This document shows positions 53,001 through 64,000 of a stretch of DNA of 64,000 bases, in pieces. The stretch is from assembly GCF_008831285.2 (NCBI RefSeq), contig NC_045138.2:31434001-31498000 (forward strand), written 5' to 3'. A model generated the notes under the pieces. The model was not told where the DNA came from. It searched no databases and saw only the letters and a program-made list of their open reading frames with translations. The position numbers were made by a program, and so were the translations under genes. This DNA is from Nymphaea colorata. Lineage: Eukaryota. Numbering within the stretch: position 1 is the stretch's first letter; every line of letters starts with the position of its first letter.

Positions 53001-56000
53001 TTGTTGACATAGTCTAGAAGTCATTTACCATCATTTTGATGAATTTCTTGAAATAACCAAGGATCAGGTAAGACCACTGATCTAAGCCCACTACCAGCGG
53101 CAAATGCAACATTTTCTGAACCATATAAGACCGTTCATCTAGGACTACTACTCTTTTGAAATCCAACAATTTTTGGATCAGATAAAACCATTGATCCAAG
53201 CCCACTACCAGCGGCAAGTGCCATATTTTGTGGATCATATAAGACCATTGGTTCGAGCCCACTACTAGTTTCAAATCCAACAATTTTCGGATCAGATAAG
53301 ACCGCTGATCTAGACCCACCACCCGATCTAATTTCAACAAATTCTAGATAAGATAAGACCACTGATCGAGGCGTATACCAAGATCCAAGTCCATCAATTT
53401 TCGGATCCGTTGATCTAGTGTCACTTATGTTTTTGCTTATATTTTGGGGATTTGGCCTGACATTTATCTAGTTCTAGGTTATTTTTAGGTTTTTGAAGTA
53501 GGCAGGTCTCATCGTGCGTTTGCATCATTATTTGGTTTTTTGTGAACTGCATGAAAGGGAGGAGATGACTGAAAGGAAGAATTATAAAACTGTTGGAGGA
53601 TCTTGAATCATCATCTTAGATGCGGTGTGGAACAAAACTATTTGTTAACGAAGGAAATGATCTTGTTATAAGCAATCACGATGCCCATGTTAGACATCTT
53701 AGGTGGTATTTTGTGTTTACATGACTCCTGCATGAGGAAACCCGTGTAGGAGCCGCTCAACTTGAAATCAAGTCATCAGTTATACAACAACAACGATTCT
53801 TTTTTTTTTTTTTTGACATAGTTCTGAAGTCATTTATTGTCCTTTTGATGAATTTCTTGAAATAACCAAACGCAAGTCCAACAATTTTAGAATCAGGTAA
53901 GACCACTGATCTAAGCCCACAACGAGCGGCAAATGCATCAATTTCCCGATCATATAAGACCGTTGATCCGGGCCCACTACTCTTTTCAAATCCAAAAATT
54001 TTCGGATCAGATAAGACCACTGATCCAAGCCTACTACCTGCGGCAAATGCAATAATTTGCGGATCGTATAAGACCATTGATCCGGGCCCATTACTAGTTT
54101 GAAATCCAACAATTTTTGGATCAGATAAGACCACTGATTTACACCCCCTACCCGATCTCATTCCAACAAATTCTAGATAAGATAAGACCACTGATCGAGG
54201 CGCATACCAAGATCCAAGTCCAACAATTTTCGGATCAATTAAGACCGTTGATCTAGTGTCGCTTATGTTTTTGCTTATATTTTGGGGAATTGGCCTAAGA
54301 TTTATCTAGTTTTAGGTTGTTTTTAGGTTTTTGAAGTAGGTAGGTCTCATGGTGCATTTGCATCATTATCTGGCTTTTTTGTTAACTGCATGAAAGGGAG
54401 GAGATGATCGGAAGGTGGAATTATAAAACTGTTGGAGGATCCTGAATCATCATCTTAGAAGCGTTGTGGAACAAAACCGTTGGTTAACGAAGGAAATGAT
54501 CATGTGACAGGCAATCACAATTCCCATGTTAGATATCTTAGGTGGTATTTTGTGCTTACATGACTCTTGCATTAGGAAACCCGTGTATGAGCCGCTCAGC
54601 ATGAACGATCCCTTTTTTTGTTGACAATGTCCAGAAGTCATTACTGTCATTTCTATGAATTTCTTGAAATAACTAAATGCAAATTAACAATTTTAGGTTC
54701 AGGTAAGACCACTGATCTAAGCGTACTACCAGTGGCAAATGCAACAATTTCTGGATCATATATGACCGTTGATCCGGGCCCACTACTCTTTTCAAATCCA
54801 ACAATTTTCGGATCAGATAAGACCACTGATCGAAGCTCACTTCCAGCGACAAGTGCGATAATTTGCAGTTCATATAAGACCATTGATCCGGGCCCACTTC
54901 TAGTATCAAATACAACAATTTTTGGATCAGAAAAGACCATTGATCTACACCCCCTACCCGATCTCATTCCAACAAATTCTAGATCAGGTAAGACCACTGA
55001 TCGAGGCACAAACCAAGATCCAAGTCCAACAATTTTTGGATCAGTTAAGACCATTGATCTAGTGTCGTTTATGTTTTTGCTTATATTCTGGGGAATTGGC
55101 CTGAGATTTATCTAATTTTAGGTTGCTTCGAGGTTTTTTAAGTAGGTAGGTCTCATCGTGTGTTTGCATCATTATTTGGTTTTTTGTGAATTGAATGAAA
55201 GGGAGGAGATGACCTGAAGGAAGAATTATAAAACTGTTGGAGGATCTTGAATCATCAACTTAGAAGCGGTGTGGAACAAAACTATTTGTTAACGAAGGAA
55301 ATGATCATGTGATAAGCAATGGTCTTTTGTGCTTACGTGACTCATGCATTAGGAAACCTGTGTAGGAGCCACTCAACATGAAATCAAGTCATCAGTTTTA
55401 CAACTTCAACGATTCTTTTTTTTGTTGACAATGTCCAGAAGTCATTACTGTCATTTCTATGAATTTCTTGAAATAACTAAATGCAAATTAACAATTTTAG
55501 GTTCAGGTAAGACCACTGATCTAAGCGCACTACCAGTGGCAAATGCAACAATTTTTGGATCATATATGACCGTTGATCCGGGCCCACTACTCTTTTCAAA
55601 TCCAACAATTTTCGGATCATATAAGACCACTGATCCAAGCTCAGTACTAGCGGCAAGTGCGATAATTTGCGGATCATATAAGACCATTGATGTGGGCCCA
55701 CTTCTAGTTTCAAATCCAACAATTTTTTGATCAGATAAGACCACTGATCTACACTCCCAACCCGATCTCATTCCAACAAATTCTTTATTAGATAAGACCA
55801 CTGATCGAGGCGCAAACCAAGATCCAAGTCCAACAATTTTTGGATCAGTTAAGATCGTTGATCTAGTGTCGCTTATGTTTCTGCTTATATTATGGGGAGT
55901 TGGCCTGACATTTATCTAGTTTAGGTTGTTTTTAGGTTTTTGTAGTAGGTAGGTCTCATCGTGCGTTTGCATCATTATTTGGTTTTTTGTGAACTGCATG

Positions 56001-57877
56001 AAAGGGAGGAGATGACCGAAAGGAGGAATTATAAAACTGTTGGAGGATCCTGAATCATCATCTTAGAAGCAGTGTGGAAGAGAACTATTTGTTGACGAAG
56101 GAAATGATCTTGTGATAAGCAATGGTCTTTTGTGCTTACATGACTCCTGCATTAGGAAACCCGTGTAGGAGCCGCTCAACATGAAATCAAGTCATCAGTT
56201 ATACAACTACCACGATTATTTTTTTTGTTGACATAGTCCAGAAGTCATTTACTTAAATTTTGAGGAATTTCTTGAAATAAACAAATGCAAATCCAACAAT
56301 TTTAGGATCAGGTAAGACCACTGATCTAAGCCCACTACCAGTGGCAAATGCAACAATTTTCGGATTATATAAGACCGTTGATCCGGGACCACTACTCTGT
56401 TCAAATCCAACAATTTTCAGATCAGATAAGACCATTGATCCATGCCCACTACCAGCGTCAAGTGCCATAATTTGCGGATCATATAAGACCATTGATCCTG
56501 GCCCACTACTAGTTCCAAATCCAACAATTTTTCGGATCAGATAAGACCACTGATCCATTTTCACTATCAGCGTCAAGTGCCATAATTTGCGGATCATATA
56601 AGACCATTGATCTTGGCCCACTACTAGTTTCAAATCCAACAATTTTTTGGATCAGATAAGACCACTTACCAAGACCGCCTTCCCGATCTCATTCCAACAA
56701 ATTCTAGATCAGATAAGACCACTGATCTAGGCGCATACCAAGATCCAAGTGCAACAATTTTCGGATCAGTTAAGACCGTTTATCTACTGTCGCTTATATT
56801 TTTGCTTATATTCTTGGGAATTGGCATGAGATTTATCTTGTTTTAGGTTGTTTTTAGGTTTTTGAAGTCGGTAGGTCTCATCGTGCGTTTGCATCATTAT
56901 CTGGCTTTTTTGTGAACGACATGAAAGGGAGGAGATGATCGAAAGGAGGAATTATAAAACTGTTGGAGGATCCTGAATCCTCATCTTAGAATCGGTGCGA
57001 AACAAAACCATTGACTAACAAAGGAAATGATCATGTGATAAGCAATCACGATGCCCGTGTTAGATATCTTAGGTGGTATTTTGTGCTTACATGACTCCTG
57101 CATTAGGAAACCCATGTAGGAGTTGCTCAACATGAAATCAAGTCTTTAGTTATACAACTTCAACGATTCTTTTTTTTGTTGACATAGTCCAGAAGTCATT
57201 TACTGTCATTTTGATGAATTTCTTGAAATAACCAAACGCAAGTCCAATAATTTTAGGATAAGGTAAGACCACTGATCTAAGCCCACTACGAGCGGCAAAT
57301 GCATCAATTTCCCGATCATATAAGACCGTTGATCAGGGCCCACTACTCTTTTCAAATCCAACAATTTTCGGATCAGATAAGACCACTGATCCAAGCCCAA
57401 TACCAGCGGCAAGTGCCATAATGCGCGGATCATAAAAGACCATTGATCTAGGACTACTACTAGTTTCAAATCCAACAATTTTTGGATCAGATAAGACCGC
57501 TGATCTAGAAGCCCCACCCGATCTTATTCCAACAAATTCTAGATCAGATAAGACCACTGATCGAGGCGTATACCAAGATCCAAGTCTATCAATTTTCGGA
57601 TCAGCAAAGACCGTTGATCTAGTGTTGCTTATGTTTTTGCTTATATTCTGGGGAATTGGCTTAAGATTTATGTAGTTTTAGGTTGTTTTTAGGTTTTTGA
57701 AGTGGGTAGGTCTCATCGTGCGTTTGCATCATTATCTGGCTTTTTGTGAACTGCATGAAAGGGAGGAGATGACCGGAAGGAGGAATTATAAAACTGTTGG
57801 AGGATCTTGAATCATCATCTTAGAAGCGGTGTGGAACAAAACCATTGGTTAACGAAGGAAATAATCATGTGATAAGC

Positions 57878-57997
57878 TATGTCACACGGACACAGCTTAA
57901 TGGGCCACGTACCGGTGTCGACACTTCGACACCTGGATACCGACACTTGGACACGACAGGATACGTTTTGGACATGGCAGGATACGTTTTGGATCAC
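57878..57997. mobile_element. ~120-bp non-autonomous DNA-transposon-like insertion in one satellite monomer
   Basis: Absent from other monomers; TGATAAGC duplicated at 57870-57877 and 57998-58005; internal GACAC/GGATAC motifs and a duplicated CAGGATACGTTTTGGA. Confidence 0.8.
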
Positions 57998-60900
57998 TGA
58001 TAAGCAATGAAGATGCCCATGTTAGATATCTTAGGTGGTCTTTTGTGCTTACATGACTCCTGCATTAGGAAACCCGTGTAGGAGCCGCTCAGCATGAAAT
58101 CAAGTCATCAGTTATACAACTTCAATGATTCTTTTTTTTGTTGACATAGTTCAGAAGTCATTTACTGTCATTTTGATGAATTTCTTGAAATAACGAAATG
58201 CAAGTCCAACAATTTTAAGATCAGGTAAGACCACTAATCTAAGCCCACTACCAGCAGCAAATGCAACATTTTCCGGATCATATAAGACCATTGATCCGGG
58301 ACCACTACTCTTTTCAAATCCAACAATTTTCAGCTCAGATAAGACCACTGGTCCAAGCCCACTACCAGCGGCAAGTGCCATAATTTGCGGATCATATAAG
58401 ACCATTCATCTGAGCCCACTACTAGTTTCAAATCCAACAATTTTCGGATTAGATAAGACCGCTGATCTAGACCCCCCACCCGACCTCGTTTCAACAAATT
58501 CTAGATCAGATAAGACCACTGATCGAGACGCATACTAAGATCCAAGTCCAATAATTTTTGGATCAATTAAGACCGTTGATCTAGTGTCGCCTATGTTTTT
58601 GCTTATATTATCGGGAATTGGCCTGAGATCTATCTAGTTTTAGGTTGTTTTCAGGTTTTCGAAGTAGGTAGGTCTCATCGTGCGTTTGCATCACTATCTA
58701 GCTTTTTTGTGAACTGCATGAAAGGGAGGAGATGATCGGAAGGAGGAATTATAAAACTATTGGAGGATCCTGAATCATCATCTTAGAAGTGGTGTGGAAC
58801 AAAACCGTTCGTTAAGGAAGGAAATGATCATGTGATAAGCAATCACAATGCCCATGTTAGATATCTTTGGTGGTCTTTTGGGCTTACCTGACTCTGCATT
58901 AGGAAACCCGTGTAGGAGCCGCTCAGCATGAAATCAAGTCATCAGTTATACAACTTCAACGATTCTTTTTTTTGTTGTCATAGTTCAGAAGTCATTTACT
59001 ATCATTTTGATGAATTTCTTGAAATAACGAAATGCAAGTCCAACAATTTTAGGATCAGGTAAGACCACTAATCTAAGCCCACTACCAGCGACAAATGCAA
59101 CATTTTCTGGATCATATAGGACCGTTGATCCGGGAACACTACTATTTTCAAATCCAACAATTTTCAGCTTAGATAAGACCACTGATCCAAGCCCACTACT
59201 AGCGGCAAGTGCCATAATTTGCGGATCATATAAGACGATTGATCTGGGCCCACTACTAGTTTCATATCCAACAATTTTCGGATCAGATAAGACCGCTGAC
59301 CTAGACCCCCCACCCGACCTCATTTCAACAAATTCTAAATCATATAAGACCACTAATCGAGGCCCATACTAAGATCTAAGTCCAATAATTTTTGGATCAG
59401 TTAAGACCGTTGATCTAGTGTCGCCTATGTTTTTGCTTATATTATCGGGAATTGGCATGAGATTTATCTAGTTTTAGGTTGTTTTTAGGTTTTTGAAGTA
59501 GGTAGGTCACATCATGCGTTTGCATCCTTATCTAGCTTTTTTGTGAACTGCATGAAACGGAGGAGATGACCGGAAGGAGGAATTATAAAACTATTGGAGG
59601 ATCCTGAATCATCATCTTAGAAGCGGTGTGGAACAAAACTGTTGGTTAACGAAGGAAATGATCATGTGATAAGCAATCACGATGCCCATGTTAGATACCT
59701 TTGGTGGTCTTTTGTGCTTACATGACTCCTGCATTAGGAAACCCGTGTAGGAGCCACTCTGCATGAAATGAAGTCATTAGTTCTACAACTACAATGATTC
59801 TTTTTTTTTGTTGACATAGTCGAGAAGTCATTTACCGTCATTTTGATGAATTTCTTGAAATAACGAAATGCAAGCCCAACTATTTTAGGATAAGGTAAGA
59901 CCACTGATCTAAGCCCACTACCAGCGGCAAATGCAACATTTTCCGAACCATATAAGACCGTTCATCCAGGACCACTACTCTTTTCAAATCCAACAATTTT
60001 CTGCTCTGATAAGACCACTGATCCAAGCCCACTACCAGCGGCAAGTGTCATAATTTGTAGATCATATAAGACCATTGGTCCGGACCCACTACTAGTTTCA
60101 AATCCAACAACTTTCGGATTAGATATGACCATTGATCAAGATTGCCACCCGATCTATTTTCAACAAATTCTAGATCAGATGAGACCACTGATCAAGGCGC
60201 ATACCTAGATCCAAGTCCAACAAATTTCGGATCAGTTAAGACCGTTGATCTATTGTCGCTTATGTTTTTGCTTATATTATGGGGAATTGGCCTAAGATTT
60301 ATCGAGTTCTAGGTTGTTTTTAGGTTTTTGAAGTAGGCATGTCTCATCGTGCGTTTGCATCATTATTTGGTTTTTTGTGAACTGCATGAAGGGAGGAGAT
60401 GATCGGAAGGAAGAATTATAAGACTGTTCGAGGATCTTGAATCATCATATTAGAAGCGGTGTGGAACAAAACTATTTGTTAACGAAGGAAATGATCATGT
60501 GATAAGCATTCACGATGCCCATGTTAGATATCTTAGGTGGTATTTTGTGTTTACATGACTCATGCATTAGGAAACCTGTGTACCCGTGTAGGAGCCACTC
60601 AACATGAAATCAAGTCATCAGTTATACAACTACAACGATTCTTTTTTTTTTGACGTAATTCAGAAGTCATTTAATGTCCTTTTGATGAATTTCTTGAAAT
60701 AACCAAATGCAAGTCCAACAATTTTATGATCAGGTAAGAAAACTGATCTAAGCCCACTACCAGCGGCAAATGCAACAATTTGCTGATCAGATAAGACTGT
60801 TGATTCGGGCCCACTACTCTTTTCAAATCCAACAATTTTCAGATCAGATAACACCATTGATCCAAGCTCACTACCTGTGGCAAGTGCGATAAATTGCCGA

Positions 60901-61714
60901 TCGTATAAGACCATTGATCCGGACCCACTACTAGTTTGAAATCCAACAATTTTTGGATCAGATAAGACCACTGATCTACACCCCCTACCCGATCTCAATC
61001 CAGCAAATTTTAGATCAGATAAGACCACTGATCGAGGCGCATACCAAGATGCAAGTCCAACAAATTTCGGATCAGTTCAGACCGTTGATCTAGTGTCGCT
61101 TATGTTTTTGCTCATATTCTGGGGAATTGGCATGAGATTTATCTTGTTTTAGGTTGTTTTTAGGTTTTTGAAGTAGGTAGGTCTCATCGTGCGTTTGCAT
61201 CATTATCTGGCTTTTTGGGGAACGACATGAAAGGGAGGTGATGATCGAAAGGAGGAATTATAAAACATTTGGAGGTTTCTGAGTCCTCATCTTAGAAGCG
61301 GTGTGGAACAAGACCATTGGTTAACGAAGGAAATGATCATGTGATAAGCAATCACGATGCCCTTGTTAGATATCTTAGGTGGTCTTTTGTGCTTACATGA
61401 CTCCTGCATTAGGAAACCCGTGTTGGAGACGCTCAGCATGAAATCGAGTCATCAGATATACAACTTCAACGATTTTTTTTTTGTTGACATAGTCCAGAAG
61501 TCATTTACTGTCGTTTTGATGAATTTCTTGAAATAACCAAATGCAAATCCAACAATTTTAGGATCAGGTAAGACCATTGATCTAATAAGCCCACTACCAG
61601 TGGCAAATGCAACAATTTTCGGATGATATATGACCTTTGATTCAAGCCTACTACTCTTTTCAAATCCAACAATTTTTGGATTAGATAAGATCATTGATCC
61701 AAGGCCACTTGAAG

Positions 61715-62570
61715 AGCCAGTTCATGCATGCTCCCACGGATGCCCACTTGAAGGCTGTTGACAGGATCTTGTGCTACTTGAAGAGGAATCCTGGCAAAGG
61801 TCTCTTATATGTCAAGCAAGACACTCTTGGGATTGAAGGTTATTCAGATGCAGACTGGGCAGGCTGTATTGACACTAGGAGGTCCACCTCTGGCTATTGT
61901 ATTTATTTGGGAGGGAATCTCATAGTGTGGAGAAGTAAAAGGCAAGATGTTTGTTCGCGTTCCAGTGCTGAAGCAGAATACAGAGCTGTTGCTATGGGAG
62001 TTTCTGAGCTTTTATGGCTGAAAGTATTGTTGACTGATATTGGTATAAAGGTTGAAGAACCAATGAAGATGTATTGCGATAACAAGTCCGCAATTAACTT
62101 GGCCAACAACCATGTGCTTCATGACAGAACAAAGCATGTTGAGATTGACCGGCATTTCATTCGAGAGAATTGATGCTAAAGAACTTGTACTTCCTTACAT
62201 GAGATCTGAAGACCAAATGGCTGATGTTCTGACGAAGGCTTTATCTTCAACCTCATTTGAGAGAAATGTATCCAAGTTGGGCATGTTTGATATGTATGCC
62301 CAACTTGAGGGGGAGTGTTGAAGTATGTTAGATGGGTCTCGGGACCGGGTCCGGATCCGTATCCGGTCCAACTTGTAGCCCTTGTTGGGCATTATTTAAG
62401 TCGTGTAACCCTAATCCTTATGGTGTGAATGAAAGACTAAGGAGAGAGAGAGTCTGGCGGCTAGTGGGCACCAACTCCTCCTCATTCGTGGTTTTTTCCC
62501 TCTTGTTGAGGGTTTTCCACGTTACATCGTGATCGGTGTTTCTCTTCCTCTTCTTGTTCGTGTTTCTACA
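61715..62570 (+). mobile_element. 5'-truncated Ty1/copia LTR retrotransposon (RT end, RNase H, PPT, 3' LTR) inside the satellite
   Basis: SQFMHAP, GYSDADWAGCIDTRRSTSGYC, SRSSAEAEYRA, YCDNKSAI, HDRTKHVEIDRHFIRE; frameshift near 62168, then SEDQMADVLTKAL..KLGMFDMYA; polypurine tract GAGGGGGAG at 62307-62315. Confidence 0.96.
62316..62570 (+). repeat. 3' LTR (255 bp) of the copia fragment
   Basis: Starts TGTTGAA directly after the PPT, ends TTCTACA (imperfect terminal inverted repeat, TG...CA); satellite sequence resumes at 62571. Confidence 0.88.
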
Positions 62571-64000
62571 GCGACAATTTCCGGATCATATATGACCGTT
62601 GATCTGGGCCCACTACTCTTTTCAAATCCAACAATGTTTGAATCAGAAAAGACCATTGATCCAAGCCCACTACCAGCAGCAAGTGCCATAATTTGCGGAT
62701 CATATAAGACCATTGATCCGGGCCCATTACTTGTTTCAAATCCAACAATTTTCGGATCAGATTAGACCACTGATCTTGACCCCCTACCCGATCTCACTGC
62801 AATAATTCTAGATCAGATAAGACCATTGATCGAGGCACATACCAAGATCCAAGTCCAACAATTTTCGGATCAATTAAGACTGTTGATCTAGTGTCGCTTA
62901 TGTTTTTGTTTATATTCTGGGGAATTGGCTTAAGATTTATGTAGTTTTAGGTTGTTTTTAGGTTTTTGAAGTGGGTAGGTCTCATCGTGCATTTGCATCA
63001 TTATCTGGCTTTTTGTGAACTGCATGAAGGGGAGGAGATGACCGGAAGGAGGAATTATAAAACTGTTGGAGGATCCTGAATCATCATCTTAGAAGCGGTG
63101 TGGAACAAAACCATTAGTTAATGAAGGAAATGATCACGTGAAAAGCAATCACGATGCCCATGTTAGATATCTTTGGTGGTCTTTTGTGCTTACATGACTC
63201 CTCCATTAGGAAACCTGTGTAGGAGCCGCTCAACATGAAATCAAGTCATCAGTTATACAACCAGAACAGTTTTTTTTTTTTTTGACTTAGTCCAGAAGTC
63301 ATTTGCTGTCATTTTGATGAATTTCTTGAAACAACCAAATGCAAATACTAGAATTTTAGGATCAGTTAAGACCATTGATCTAAGCCCACTACCAGTGGCA
63401 AATGCAACAATTTTTGGATCATATATGGCCGTTGATCCGGGCCCACTATTCTTTTCAAATTCAACAATTTTTGGATCAGATATGGCCATTGATCCAAGTC
63501 CACTACCAGCGACAAGTGCCATAATTTTCGGATCATATAAGACTGTTGATCCGGGCCCACTATTAGTTTCAAACCTAACAATTTTTGGATCAGATAACAC
63601 CATTGATCTAGACCCGCTACCCGATCTCATTCCAACAAATTCTTGATCATGTAAGACCACTAATCGAGGCACATATCAAGATCCAAGTCCAACTATTTTC
63701 GGATCAGTTAAAACCGTTGATCTAGTGTCGCTTATGTTTTTGCCTATATTCTCGCGAATTGGCCTGATATTTGTCTAGTTTTAGGTTGTTTTTATGTTTT
63801 TGAAATAGGTAGGTCTCATCTTGCGTTTGCATCATTATCTGGCTTTTTTGTGAACTGCATGAAAGGGAGGAGATGACCGGAAGGAGGAATTAGAGAACTG
63901 TTGGAGGATCCTTTATCTTCATCTTAGTAGCGTTGTGGAACAAAACTGTTGGTTAACAAAGGAAATGATTATTTGTTAAGCAATCACGATGCCATGTTAG

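Larger units (their letters stand above)
50390..64000. repeat. Tandem array (macrosatellite) of ~834-bp monomers, each with a nested cassette of 57-bp hairpin subunits; continues past the window end
   Basis: Marker ATGAAAGGGAGGAGATGA (or close variant) at ~50471, 51126, 52046, 52749, 53553, 54392, 55197, 56000, 56923, 57757, 58720, 59554, 60388, 61229, 63026, 63861. In one monomer AAGACC recurs at 57265, 57322, 57379, 57436, 57493, 57550, 57607 (exact 57-bp period). Confidence 0.97.

Noticed and set aside
57209..57280. Box C/D snoRNA repeated in each monomer (TGATGA ... CTGA about 60 nt apart)
   Set aside because: C box lacks the leading purine, there is no terminal stem, no rRNA guide was recognisable, and the motif is lost in several monomers.
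50800..63720. CRISPR array (palindromic ~23-nt repeats with ~34-nt spacers)
   Set aside because: Spacers are not unique: they recur in every monomer and resemble each other; no cas genes; plant nuclear context.

Overview
Flowering-plant nuclear DNA (GT-AG introns, (TA)n/(GA)n microsatellites, MITEs); no prokaryotic features. Left to right: (1) the last 12 coding exons of a coatomer beta' (beta'-COP) gene, 681-9176 (+), with a candidate alternative terminal exon at 10425-10444; (2) MITE-rich intergenic DNA with clustered TCP-type motifs and a CpG-rich patch; (3) an intronless leucine-rich-repeat extensin (LRX) gene, 22373-24867 (+), broken by one missing C in a homopolymer; (4) about 20 kb of intergenic DNA with hAT-like, PIF/Harbinger-like and (TA)n-flanked MITEs, a near-perfect palindrome, decayed LINE pieces and a truncated MATE/DTX pseudogene; (5) co-oriented decayed fragments of ribosomal protein L8 (uL2) and RabD/Rab1 genes that keep their splice sites; (6) a >13.5-kb tandem array of ~834-bp monomers running off the window end. 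Each monomer carries a cassette of usually seven 57-bp subunits built on a GATCAG-N9-CTGATC hairpin. The array is interrupted by a ~120-bp insertion and by a 5'-truncated Ty1/copia element with its 3' LTR. The nested hairpin array, and the gene fragments leading into it, are the most unusual parts of the window. All homology calls come from reading translations against remembered family consensus sequences, not from database searches.
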